The notes under the pieces are model-generated. The model was not told where the DNA came from. It saw only the letters and a program-made list of their open reading frames with translations, and ran no database searches. Made by a program: the position numbers and the translations under genes. Below are positions 37,316-50,134 of a stretch of 64,000 nt of DNA, in pieces (position 1 is the first letter of the stretch; every line of letters starts with the position of its first letter). The stretch is taken from assembly GCF_006345805.1 (NCBI RefSeq), contig NC_043001.1:101060001-101124000 (forward strand). Direction: 5' to 3'. Source of the DNA: Octopus sinensis. Its lineage: Eukaryota.

Positions 37316-37534
37316 CTATGGTTTTCAACCAGGGTTCTGTGGAACCTCAGGGTTCTGCCAGTACAGTCCAGGGGTTCCACAAGAAGTTACAAAAATGCTA
37401 AAATCGACAGTAATTTTTAATTCTCCTGTGCAGATATGTGTGCATAAGACAATTAAATTATTGCACAGGGGTTCCTTGAGCCAGTGGAATGTTTCCTTGG
37501 GGTTCCGCTCCAGCAAAAAGTTTGAAAAGCACTG
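37316..37534. mobile_element. hAT-type (Charlie-like) MITE with 8-bp TSD
   Basis: Imperfect TIRs CTATGGTTTTCAACC / TTTGAAAAGCACTG; ATATAGAT duplicated at 37308-37315 and 37535-37542. Confidence 0.85.
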
Positions 37535-37719
37535 ATATAGATATATATATGTGTGTGTGTATATATGTGTATATATATTTTTTTCCGTTTTCGTTTCTGT
37601 TGATTTTTACGTCTTCTTGTGGTGTCCTGTACGTATATATATATTTATATATGCATGTATATATACATGTAGATGTCGGTATGTACATATGTTTGTATGT
37701 ATGCATATATTTTATTTAT

Positions 37720-37760
<41 letters not shown>

Positions 37761-37763
<3 letters not shown>

Positions 37764-38252
37764 AAGTTTAGAGAGCTCTTACCCCTGCTGGTGACAAAAG
37801 GTCTCTCGCTAAGAGTAAAAGGCAGACTATATGATGCGTGTGTACGTACAGCCATGCTACATGATAGTGAAAAATGGGCCGTGACAGCTGAGGATATGTG
37901 TAAGCTTGCAAGAAATGAAGCCAGTATGCTCCGATGGATGTGTAATGTCAGTGTTCATAATCGTCAGAGTGTAAGTACTTTGAGAGAAAAGTTGAACCTA
38001 AGAAGTGTCAGTTGTGGTGTGCAAGAGAGACGGCTGCGCTGGTATGGTCATGTGACGAGAATGGCTGAAGATAGTTGTGTGCAAAAGTGCTACAACCTAG
38101 CAGTTGAGGGAACCTGTGGAAGAGGTAGACCCAGGAAAACCTGGGACGAGGTGGTGAAACACGACCTTCGAACTTTAGGTCTCACCAAGGAAATGACTGA
38201 AGACCGAGTCCTATGGAAGTGTGCTGTGCATGAGAGGACCCGGCAGGACTAG
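37761..38252 (+). pseudogene. RTE ORF C-terminal fragment (open frame)
   Basis: KFRELLPLL..KGRLYDACVRTAMLH..RRLRWYGHV..GRGRPRKTWDEVVKHDL. Confidence 0.9.
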
Positions 38253-39489
38253 TCAGGCCATATCCCGTGGCCCCTACCTGGGACGTAGTCGATCCACCTG
38301 TGCATACCTTCCTTCCTTCTTGTGACACTTGTGAAGACCTGCTGAGGCAAGTGAAAATCAATCAAAATAGATGAACATCAATGGAATTTGTATCTTTGTG
38401 GTACCAGTGCCTGTGGCACACAAGAAAACCATCCGAACGTGGCCGTAGCCAGTACCGCATCGACTGGCCTCCGTGCTGTGGGAAGCCTCATCTAGCACCT
38501 GTGTCGGTGGCACATAAAAACACCATCCGAAGACCCGGCAAGACTAGTCAGGCCATAACCCATGGCCCCTACCTGGGACGTAGTCAGTCCACCTGTGCAT
38601 ACCTTCCTTCCTTCTTGTGACACTTGTGAAGACCTGTTGAGGCAAGTGAAAATCAAATCAAAACAAATCAAAATAGATGAACATCAATGGAATCTGTATC
38701 TTTGTGGTACCAGTGCCGGTGGCACACACTTTGTGGTACCAGTGCCGGTGGCACACATGAGAACCATCCGAACGTGGCCGTAGCCAGTTCCGCATCGACC
38801 GGCCTCCGTGCTGTGGGCACGTAACAAACACCATCCGATCATGGCCGTTCGCCAGCCTCATCTGGCACCTGTGTCGGTGGCACATAAAAACACCTTCCGA
38901 AGACCCGGCAAGACTAGTCAGTCCACCTGTGCATACCTTCCTTCCTTCTTGTGACACTTGTGAAGACCGGTTGAGGCAAGTGAAAATCAAATCAAATCAA
39001 ATCAAATAGACAAAATAGATGAACATCAATGGAATTTGTATCTTGTGGTACCAGTGCCTGTGGCACACAAGAAATCCATCAGTGCCGTAGTCAGTGCGGT
39101 GGGCACATGACAAACACCATCCGATCGTGGCCGTTCGCCAGCCTCATCTAGCACCTGTGTCGGTGGCACATAAAAACACCATCCGAAGACCCGGCAAGAC
39201 TAGTCAGGCCATAACCCATGGCCCCTACCTGGGACGTAGTCAGTCCACCTGTGCATACCTTCCTTCTTGTGACACTTGTGAAGACCTGTTGAGGCAAGTG
39301 AAAATCAAATCAAATCAAAACAAATCAAAATAGATGAACATCAATGGAATTTGTATCTTGTGGTACCAGTGCCAGTGGCACGTGGCACATAAGAAAACCA
39401 TCCGAACGTGGCCGTAGCCAGTACCGCATCGACTGGCCTCCGTGCTGTGGGCACGTAACAAGCACCATCTGATCGTGGCCGTTTGCCAG

Positions 39490-39775
39490 CCTCATCTGGC
39501 ACCTGTGTCGGTGGCACATAAAAACACCATCCGAGCGTGGCCGTCTGCCAGCCTCGTCTGGCACCTGTGTCGGTGGCACATAAAAACACCATCCGAGCGT
39601 GGCCGTCTGCCAGCCTCGTCTGGCACCTGTGTCGGTGGCACATAAAAACACCATCCGAGCGTGGCCGTCTGCCAGCCTCGTCTGGCACCTGTGTCGGTGG
39701 CACATAAAAACACCATCCGAGCGTGGCCGTTTGTCAGCCTCGTCTGGCACCTGTGTCGGTGGCACATAAAATCAC
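39490..39775. repeat. 62-bp VNTR in RTE 3' UTR (also 41690-41970)
   Basis: CCGTCTGCCAGCCTCGTCTGGCACCTGTGTCGGTGGCACATAAAAACACCATCCGAGCGTGG, ~4-5 copies. Confidence 0.9.
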
Positions 39776-39964
39776 CCACTACACTCTCGGAGTGGTTGGC
39801 GTTAGGAAGGGCATCCAGCTGTAGAAACACTGCCAGATCTGACTGGACTGGTGCAGCTTTCGGGCTCCCCAGACCCCAGTTGAACCGTCCAACCCATGCT
39901 AGCATGGAGAGCGGACGTTAGATGATGATGATGATGATGATATATATAATATATATATATATAT

Positions 39965-40456
39965 ACAAAGTTTAGAGAGCTCTTACCCCTGCTGGTGACA
40001 AAAGGTCTCTCGCTAAGAGTAAAAGGCAGACTATATGATGCGTGTGTACGTACAGCCATGCTACATGATAGTGAAAAATGGGCCGTGACAGCTGAGGATA
40101 TGTGTAAGCTTGCAAGAAATGAAGCCAGTATGCTCCGATGGATGTGTAATGTCAGTGTTCATAATCGTCAGAGTGTAAGTACTTTGAGAGAAAAGTTGAA
40201 CCTAAGAAGTGTCAGTTGTGGTGTGCAAGAGAGACGGCTGCGCTGGTATGGTCATGTGACGAGAATGGCTGAAGATAGTTGTGTGCAAAAGTGCTACAAC
40301 CTAGCAGTTGAGGGAACCTGTGGAAGAGGTAGACCCAGGAAAACCTGGGACGAGGTGGTGAAACACGACCTTCGAACTTTAGGTCTCACCAAGGAAATGA
40401 CTGAAGACCGAGTCCTATGGAAGTGTGCTGTGCATGAGAGGACCCGGCAGGACTAG
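39965..40456 (+). pseudogene. RTE ORF C-terminal fragment (copy 2)
   Basis: Translation identical to copy 1. Confidence 0.9.
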
Positions 40457-42137
40457 TCAGGCCATATCCCGTGGCCCCTACCTGGGACGTAGTCGATCCA
40501 CCTGTGCATACCTTCCTTCTTGTGACACTTGTGAAGACCTGCTGAGGCAAGTGAAAATCAATCAAAATAGATGAACATCAATGGAATTTGTATCTTTGTG
40601 GTACCAGTGCCTGTGGCACACAAGAAAACCATCCGAACGTGGCCGTAGCCAGTACCGCATCGACTGGCCTCCGTGCTGTGGGAAGCCTCATCTAGCACCT
40701 GTGTCGGTGGCACATAAAAACACCATCCGAAGACCCGGCAAGACTAGTCAGGCCATAACCCATGGCCCCTACCTGGGACGTAGTCAGTCCACCTGTGCAT
40801 ACCTTCCTTCCTTCTTGTGACACTTGTGAAGACCTGTTGAGGCAAGTGAAAATCAAATCAAAACAAATCAAAATAGATGAACATCAATGGAATCTGTATC
40901 TTTGTGGTACCAGTGCCGGTGGCACACACTTTGTGGTACCAGTGCCGGTGGCACACATGAGAACCATCCGAACGTGGCCGTAGCCAGTTCCGCATCGACC
41001 GGCCTCCGTGCTGTGGGCACGTAACAAACACCATCCGATCATGGCCGTTCGCCAGCCTCATCTGGCACCTGTGTCGGTGGCACATAAAAACACCTTCCGA
41101 AGACCCGGCAAGACTAGTCAGTCCACCTGTGCATACCTTCCTTCCTTCTTGTGACACTTGTGAAGACCGGTTGAGGCAAGTGAAAATCAAATCAAATCAA
41201 AATAGACAAAATAGATGAACATCAATGGAATTTGTATCTTGTGGTACCAGTGCCTGTGGCACACAAGAAATCCATCAGTGCCGTAGTCAGTGCGGTGGGC
41301 ACATGACAAACACCATCCGATCGTGGCCGTTCGCCAGCCTCATCTAGCACCTGTGTCGGTGGCACATAAAAACACCATCCGAAGACCCGGCAAGACTAGT
41401 CAGGCCATAACCCATGGCCCCTACCTGGGACGTAGTCAGTCCACCTGTGCATACCTTCCTTCTTGTGACACTTGTGAAGACCTGTTGAGGCAAGTGAAAA
41501 TCAAATCAAATCAAAACAAATCAAAATAGATGAACATCAATGGAATTTGTATCTTTGTGGTACCAGTGCCAGTGGCACGTGGCACATAAGAAAACCATCC
41601 GAACGTGGCCGTAGCCAGTACCGCATCGACTGGCCTCCGTGCTGTGGGCACGTAACAAGCACCATCTGATCGTGGCCGTTTGCCAGCCTCATCTGGCACC
41701 TGTGTCGGTGGCACATAAAAACACCATCCGAGCGTGGCCGTCTGCCAGCCTCGTCTGGCACCTGTGTCGGTGGCACATAAAAACACCATCCGAGCGTGGC
41801 CGTCTGCCAGCCTCGTCTGGCACCTGTGTCGGTGGCACATAAAAACCACCATCCGAGCGTGGCCGTCTGCCAGCCTCGTCTGGCACCTGTGTCGGTGGCA
41901 CATAAAAACACCATCCGAGCGTGGCCGTTTGTCAGCCTCGTCTGGCACCTGTGTCGGTGGCACATAAAATCACCCACTACACTCTCGGAGTGGTTGGCGT
42001 TAGGAAGGGCATCCAGCTGTAGAAACACTGCCAGATCTGACTGGACTGGTGCAGCTTTCGGGCTCCCCAGACCCCAGTTGAACCGTCCAACCCATGCTAG
42101 CATGGAGAGCGGACGTTAGATGATGATGATGATGATG

Positions 42138-42138
<1 letters not shown>
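39965..42138 (+). mobile_element. 5'-truncated RTE LINE, copy 2 (tandem duplicate, offset 2204 bp)
   Basis: Same 5' breakpoint ACAAAGTTTAGAGAGC and same UTR architecture as copy 1. Confidence 0.92.
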
Positions 42139-42177
<39 letters not shown>

Positions 42178-42188
42178 ATATATATATG

Positions 42189-42217
<29 letters not shown>

Positions 42218-42220
<3 letters not shown>

Positions 42221-42878
42221 ACATAAGGGACGTTAGCCATCCGAATGTGGCTAGGGACAGGGCAGGGCGGTGTTACTGATGCATTTAGCCCCAGGCGATC
42301 ATCAACGTCACCAGGAGGGCTGACGCCATCACGGCGTCCTCTAGCCTGCAAAGGGAGATCATTCCCCGAAGAAGCGGATGCCACATACAGACCCAGGTTT
42401 CAAGGTGTTTGCCTATTATCAACGTATGGCAGGCACCGCCCCTCGACGAACGACTCTCTGTGCAGGCTATCTATATAAAGATTTTCACAGTAAATACATT
42501 TACTGATGTAGAAAATCTGTTCGACAGCAATAATAATTCTCTAAACGAGATATAGACAGTAACTGCTCCATAACATAAGGGACGTTAGCCATCCGAATGT
42601 GGCTAGGGACAGGGCAGGGCGGTGGGGGTGTTACTGATGCATTTAGCCCCAGGCGATCATCAACGTCACCAGGAGGGCTGGGAATGATCTCCCTTTGCAG
42701 GCTAGAGGACGCCGTGATGGCGTCAGCCCTCCTGGTGACGTTGATGATCGCCTGGGGCTAAATGCATCAGTAACACCCCCACCGCCCTGCCCTGTCCCTA
42801 GCCACATTCGGATGGCTAACGTCCCTTATGTTATGGAGCAGTTACTGTCTATATCTCGTTTAGAGAATTATTATTGCT
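42218..42878. repeat. GC-rich element in direct + direct-partial + inverted arrangement; perfect 155-bp inverted repeat
   Basis: 42526-42680 is the reverse-complement of 42724-42878; 42218-42365 is a further direct copy; (TA)n on both flanks. Confidence 0.92.
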
Positions 42879-43079
42879 ATATATATATATATATTCATTA
42901 TTTTCTCTCCTTGTTTCATTCAGTGTTGCTTTCTGTGGAAGAACATAGGCTCAAACCATTAAAGACTTTTTTCACTTCCCAAGCATTAATACATCTGTTT
43001 GTTGTCTACACCACCTGTCTTCATCGTTTGTTTTTCTATGAATTCTCCCCTATGTATATATATATATACATATATATAC

Positions 43080-43230
43080 AATGGGCTTCTTTCAGTTTCT
43101 GTCTACCAAATCCACTCACAAGGCTTTGGTTGGCCCAAGGCTATAGTGGAAGACAGTTGCTCAAGGTCCCATACAGTGGGACCGAACCCGGAACCATGTG
43201 GTTTGGAACCCAGCTTCTTACCACACAGCC
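43080..43230 (-). mobile_element. Family A SINE head
   Basis: TTCTTTCAGTTTCTGTCTACCAAATCCACTCACAAGGC...TTCTTACCACACAGCC. Confidence 0.8.
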
Positions 43231-43384
43231 AGATCTGTACCTACCTATACTCTTATCTCATTTTGCTTGTTTTTCCACTTCTTTTTCCCCATCCATTATA
43301 TAAATCCTCACAAAAATTTCCCCCTGACCTTGTGATGTCCCCCTCATCTATACTCCTATGACCACTAAAAGAAATTATTATTAT

Positions 43385-43675
43385 TCGCCTAGTGGTTAAG
43401 GTGTTGCACACACACGCAATTGCGAGATTGAGGTTTCAATTCCTAGACTGGGTAGTACATTTTGTTCTTGAGCAAAACACTTCATCTCACGTTGGTCTGT
43501 GATCCCTTCGACCCCTGACACATGGCACACTGTGCCCCTGTTCACACAACATCGATTTGATGGAGAGAGTGACATAATGTGTGGCACAATCATTTGATCT
43601 CTATAAACAAATCATTTGTGCAAGTCATTCGGCAAAATGCTGGGCAAACACATGCCATGTTCAATGGGAGAGTAC
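43385..43675 (+). mobile_element. tRNA-derived SINE (additional family)
   Basis: GCCTAGTGGTTAAGG (A box), GGTTTCAATTCC (B box), TCTTGAGCAAAACACTTCATCTC core. Confidence 0.7.
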
Positions 43676-44079
43676 CTCATCATCATCATTATCAGTAGTA
43701 GTAGTAGTAGTAGTAGTAGTAGCAGTAGTGCAAGTTGAGTCAAGTTGTCACCAGAGTTTGAGAGTGACTTCTAAGCAGGTTTCATTGCATCACAGTGGTC
43801 AAGTATGTTGGTAGTGATATTAAGCCTGGTCAGCTGTCAACTTTGTGCAACACAACTAAAATGCTGTGAGGAGTGCAGAGGTGACCCACACCATGTTGTC
43901 CGGTGGGGCCCGGGGGGGGGGGGGTAATCCGATGATCACTGATATTCACAAGGCTACACTAGAGCTGTAATCCCTCCTCCACCACACACAGACACTCAGG
44001 AAGCAGAATGAAAGATCAGTCAGACTGATGGTACAAAGCAAATGGTCTACTTGCTACACACGGGGTAATAGAAGCCATT

Positions 44080-44314
44080 AAGGGGGAGAGCTGGCAGAAA
44101 CGTTAGCACTCCATGTGAAATGCTTAGTGGTATTTCGTCTGCCATTACGTTCTGAGTTCAAATTCCGCCGAGGTCGACTTTGCGCCTTTCATCCTTTCGG
44201 GGTCGATGAAATAAGTACCAGTTATGCACTGGGGTCGATCTAATCGACTTAATCCGTTTGTCTGTCCGTGTTTGTCCTCTCTGTGTTTAGCTCCTTGTGG
44301 GTAGTAAAGAAATA
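44080..44314 (+). mobile_element. Full-length family B SINE with 16-bp TSD
   Basis: GGTAATAGAAGCCATT at 44064-44079 and 44315-44330. Confidence 0.92.
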
Positions 44315-44579
44315 GGTAATAGAAGCCATTGATGACCTCTTACCCTGAGGAAGAGAAAAGTGAAAGTAAAAAAGAAGGACAGCAAACTACAACAAAGACA
44401 ACAATAACAAGAAAATAAAATGAAGCCCAGTGGTGAAGGTTTCAAATATAGTTGTTGCTGTTTCAAGGACACAAACAGTTGCAGTTTGGAGAGGAAGTTT
44501 CAGAGTAGAAATTTTTAAAATCACCTCATTTTCAGTGCAGCGATAAGATGAGAATCTCCATTTTCTGTGCAAGATTAAC

Positions 44580-44806
44580 AAGAGCTGGCAGAATCGTTTG
44601 CCCACCGGACGAAATCCTTAGCGGTATTTTCGTCTGCCATTACATTCTGAGTTCGAATTCTGTCGAGGGCGACTATGCCTTTCATCCTTTTGGGGTCGAT
44701 AAATGAAGTACCAGTTACACACTGAGGTCGATGTAATCAACTTAATCCCTTTGTCTGTCCTTGTTTGTCCCCTCTATGTTTAGCCCCTTGTGGGTAATAA
44801 AGAAAT
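44580..44806 (+). mobile_element. Family B SINE with 9-bp TSD
   Basis: AAGATTAAC at 44571-44579 and 44807-44815. Confidence 0.85.
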
Positions 44807-44859
44807 AAGATTAACCAAAACCTAGGAACTGAAATATGCCCTGGTCATCTTTATCTTTT

Positions 44860-45086
44860 CTCTTTTAGCCATTATTTGTTCCAGTCTTTAGACTGGGGCC
44901 ATGCTGGGGCACCACCTTGAAGAATTTTAGTCGAATGGATTGACCCCAGTGCTTGTGATTTATTTTTATTTTCAAGCCTGGTACTTATTCTATCAGTCAC
45001 TTTTGCTGAACTGCTAAGTGACAGGGATGTAAACACACCAGTTCTGATTGTTAAGCAGTAGTGGGGGAACAAACACAGACACAAAG

Positions 45087-45146
<60 letters not shown>

Positions 45147-45290
45147 ACACACATATATGATAGAGTTCTTTCAGTTTCTGTCTACCAAATCCATTCACAA
45201 GCTTTGGTAGAAGACACTCACTCAAGGTACCATGAAGTGGCACTGAACCCAGATCCATGGAGTTGGAAAGCAAAATTCTTGTGCAGCTGG
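44860..45290 (-). mobile_element. Family A SINE
   Basis: Reverse-complement tail (GCCATGCTGGGGCACC), central (AC)n, head. Confidence 0.8.
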
Positions 45291-45632
45291 CTCAAGATGG
45301 AAATCAGCAAAAAGCAGAAAACTGGTGAGATCAATAAAAGAATGATAAATCCAGATGAAAGGATAAAGAACAGAGTCAGAAGCAGCCCCCTCCCCCCATC
45401 TCAATACACGAAATTCATAGCCAAATATATTACCAACAGCTGGAAGAGGTCAGAGTTGTGTCCTGGTCCTACCCAGGTGGGGACTTCTCCACCCCTTTGT
45501 CAATTGGTTGTTCTTAGTTGCTTTATAGATTTTTAACTTGTCTTTATATCTGCAGCTACATTTTGCTCCACCTACCATGTATATATCATATATACATACA
45601 TGCATATATATGTGTGTGTGTATGTATGTATA

Positions 45633-45665
<33 letters not shown>

Positions 45666-45714
45666 CTTTATATATATGTGTATATCTTATATATATATAT
45701 ATAATATATATATA

Positions 45715-45754
<40 letters not shown>

Positions 45755-45770
45755 CTTTATATATATATAT

Positions 45771-45813
<43 letters not shown>

Positions 45814-46599
45814 TTTATCTGTGTGTGTGTATGTGTATATCTATATAGATATACATAAATATAGATATATACATACTCAGCCATACATATCTTGTAACTC
45901 TTTCACAGGAAATGTTTTATATTGTATGTATAGGCCCTTGTGGCCATTAAAGGAAGTATTATTATTATTATTGGTGTTATTATTATTATTGCTGCTGTTG
46001 TTGTTGTTATTTTTATTGTTATTTTGCTGTAGTTGTTCTATCTTTGTATAAGTTTGTTTCATATTATATTTAATATTTTTTTTATCTCCCTATTTTTTCT
46101 CTGTTTTCTTCATTTCCATCTGATTGAAGCGATAAAAAAAAAAATACTCCTGTGTAAGCTTGTTTGTCAAGATTTGTATTTTTTTCTTTTCCTTTTTTTT
46201 TTCTTTTTTTCTATTGCTCTTTCATGGTTACATTTTGTGTTTAATTTTGGAGTTGGTCAAACGTTAACATCATTGGTTATTCATGGGTAACTTATGAGAA
46301 ATCCATATGATAGCTTTGTTGATATTATTGTTTCAGATTTTTTTTCTTCTGATTTTTTAAAAAAAATTTGTATTTTTTTATTTTTATTTATTTTTGTGTT
46401 TGTGTGTTATAGCTATCATACAGATTTCGGAAGGCAAAAAAAATAGCTAAAATAACATACATCCACCCTAAAAACAAACAAACAAAACAAAAATACCTTC
46501 TTCTCACGGATATTTATAATCTATTTCATACAACTGTTTATACAACAGAAATTAATTTTCAAAATCTGTTCTTAACATTGCAAAATCAGGGCAGCAGCA

Positions 46600-46911
46600 A
46601 CACCAGTGGTAGTAGTAGTAGTAGTAGTGGTGGTGGTGGTGGTGGTGGTGGTGGCATCTGCAGTGGTGGTGTGTTGATAATGGATAGTAGTGGTAGTAGT
46701 AGTAGTAGTTGTTGTAGTGGTAGTAGTGGCTGTCGTTAAGGTGGTTGTGGTTGTGGTGGTTGCAATTGTTGTTGTTGTTCTTCTTCTTCTTCTTCCTCTT
46801 CTTCTTCTTCTTCATCATCTTCTTCTTCTTCTTCTTCTTCAACTTCTCCTCCTTCTTCTTCTTCTTCTTCTTCTTCTCCTTCTCCTTCTTCTTCTTCTTC
46901 TTCTCCTTCTC

Positions 46912-46942
<31 letters not shown>

Positions 46943-47596
46943 TTCTTCTCCTTCTCCTTCTTCATCTTCTCCTCCTTCTCCTCCTTCTTCTTCTCCTTCC
47001 TCTTCTTCTTCTTCTTCTTCTTCTTCTTCCGCTTCTTCTTCTTCCTCTTCTTCTTCCAACTGATGTAAACGATAGTTATGATAACAATTCTCATTATCGA
47101 CTTCTTCCTCCTTCCATGGCTTCGTCACCATAATCAATGCCGTCCTCAACAACATTATCATTATCTTTCTCCATCTTTCCAATTACCATAACAATATTAT
47201 CGTTCCTGCTGGCATTCTTCATTTAGTTACTGTTGTTGTTTAGTTAGGGATGTTGTTGTGGTTGTTGTTATTGTTGGGGCAAACGATACCTTTGTTCTCC
47301 CCATTATTATCATCGCTATCAAGACCATCAAATCATCATCAACATCATTCTCATCATCAGCATCATCATCAGCAGCAGCGACAATATTTATAGCAAAAGC
47401 AGCAGCATCTCTGTCATCATGATAATTTTCTTCTTCATCATAATCCCATACCATTATCCTTCTCTTCCTCTTCCTCTTCCTTTTCTTCTTCCCCTCCCTC
47501 CTCCTCCTCCTCCTTCTCGTCATCATCATCATTATAGTCATCACCATCTGTTTCAACATTAGCTTCATTACTATCATCAACACCATCATTTTGATA

Positions 47597-47649
<53 letters not shown>

Positions 47650-47678
47650 TTACTACTATTAGTATCATGATCATCATT

Positions 47679-47731
<53 letters not shown>

Positions 47732-47817
47732 CGTTATTAGTATTAGTATTGTTACTATCAATATTAATCAAGAAATTATTAATTATTAATTATTAAATTA
47801 CATTGTTGTTTATGTTG

Positions 47818-47869
<52 letters not shown>

Positions 47870-47898
47870 TATCATCATCATCATCATCATCATTATTA

Positions 47899-47951
<53 letters not shown>

Positions 47952-48060
47952 GTTATTATTATTATTATTTTTATTATTGTTATTGTTATTATTATTATTA
48001 TTATTATCATTATTATTATTGTTATTTCTTGTGTTGTTGTTGCTGGTTTTGTTTATTGTC
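46600..48060. repeat. ~1.45-kb mosaic of triplet microsatellites (TAG/TGG/TTC/TCC/CAT/TAC/TAT)
   Basis: Direct inspection. Confidence 0.95.
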
Positions 48061-48313
48061 ATTAACGTTATTAAGTATGCATACAGAGTTATATCATTTA
48101 ATCCATTCAGTTTGAAGACAAACTACACACAGCCAGCTTCCGGAGCCTTCTAATTTCTCTCTATTTGACAGCTAAGCTATTTCCTTAAGTAACATTTTCT
48201 CATTTAGCACTCTTCTTCTCCCACAACTCCTCTCTGTCCACCTACACCAACATGATAACTCTTCTTTCCTCCTCCTCATCCTTTTCTCTGTGTCTCTCTC
48301 TCTCTCTCTCTCT

Positions 48314-48363
<50 letters not shown>

Positions 48364-50134
48364 CATATATATCTGTATATGATATTAATACACACCACAA
48401 CACATCTTTAAAGTCCAACATGAGCTAAAGTAATTAAACAACAGTTTTCAAAAGCCTTCTTCTCTGCGAGTATTTAAACAGATGGAAATACATTTTTGCT
48501 ATGCTCTTCCTCTGTAAAAAAGAAAGCCAATGAAACTGTATTTATGTCTTTTCTGGTTCATTAATTTCTACTCAGAAGAGAAATATACCCACTCCCTTCT
48601 GTTCTTCAAAGCAATGCTCTGCCTCTGCTGAGTGGTAACCACACTATGGAATATGTCTGGGCAATTCTCATTATATTTCTGTGTGCAGAGATGTAATCAT
48701 GCATATATTTACATTCATCTTTCACAGCAGAAGCTTTAGACAACTGCAATTTAACTGCATTCAGTTTATCTTATATTTCTAATACATGCTCTGTGTGTTG
48801 CACATAATTGTTTATTCGTTATGCAACCACACCACCAACAAATGCTTCGTATGCAAATTAGTCTAGCCATTATAGTATTGCAGCTATGTTCATTTTTGTG
48901 TCTGATTTAAATAGTGGCTTTCCACAAGTTCCCTTCATGGCAAGGGTTATGTAGAGGTACTTGTCCACTGATAAATGCACAATAAAATGTGGAACACATG
49001 AGATCAATTTTCTTTATATTTTTTGCTTGGAAAGAAAACAAGATTTGTATTTACACCTGTTTAGTGTTTCACAATGAACACTTTAGAAAACTGCATTATT
49101 TCACACACACACACACATGCTCACACATACACACACACACACAAGCATACACATGCGTGTGCACATATACACGCATATATCATCATTATCATCATCATCA
49201 TTTACTGTCCGTTGTCCCTGCTAGCATGGGTTGGACGGTTGCTGGAAAGCTGAGGGGCTGGCTGCACCAGACTCCACTCTGATTTGGCATGGTTTCTCTG
49301 GCTTATATATATATATAAGTCAGTGATGGAATGGCGTATATTACTGAAGTGGTGGGTCAACAGTTTAACTTGTCGTGTGTAGCAGAGTGCTCAGAATTGG
49401 CTTCCAGAAGCAGTCTGCAAGGAATCGGTCGATTTCCTCAATATAAAGAATGCTGTTAAAGTTTGCCTCTGATACATTACATAAGGTTGGACAAAGTGCA
49501 ACAAGTTCTGAGTGGTATGATATTGTGACCCATCCTCACCAGTGGTTGAAGCATTGTTCGTGCAAAGACAGGTTTCTTTCTGAAATGTTCAATTTTCCAT
49601 TCCCCACAACAAGCTCACTCTACTTACTTCCTTTTTTTTATTTGTATCACACACACACACACACACACATCAAAACAGGAAGCTGGAAAAGATTTTTTTG
49701 GCATTATTTATTCTCCATGACATATATTTCATTTGCTAATAGAATTTACAAAATTGTCCATGTTGGATAAACATGTGAGAAATACATAAGAAGTTTCCTA
49801 TAAGAAATTCTTCAGACAAAGAATCAAACAATACCAAAAAAAATTTCCCAGCTTCCTGTTTTTGATATATAATAACTCTGCAAACAATATTTCCAGAATT
49901 TTCAAGTCTAATGCGTACCTCACATAAATATAATAACTATATACTGTATTGTGATTCTGGGAATAAGTAGATGTACTTCAGAAAGACACAGCTTGGATTT
50001 TAACCCCACTTATATTGTGTCTGTGTATTTGTGTGTGTGTGTGTGTGTGTGTGTTTGTGTGTGTGCATGCATGTGCGTGCATCATCATCATCATCATCAT
50101 TATTGCTTCAATCCCCATTTTTCCATAAGGCAAT

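Larger units (their letters stand above)
37761..39940 (+). mobile_element. 5'-truncated RTE LINE, copy 1
   Basis: ORF end, reiterated 3' UTR, (GAT)n tail, flanked by (TA)n. Confidence 0.92.

Noticed and set aside
38240-39775. Repeat-spacer-like arrays resembling CRISPR
   Set aside because: Units are contiguous tandem copies without unique spacers, in a eukaryotic LINE UTR, with no cas genes.
43905-43925. G-run/G-quadruplex near GGGGCCCGGGGGGGGGGGG
   Set aside because: An isolated homopolymer with no supporting context; the length may be a sequencing artefact.
49331-49459. Short ORF MAYITEVVGQQFNLSC... resembling an Ig B strand
   Set aside because: No C-strand tryptophan, stop after 42 codons, no clear splice sites.
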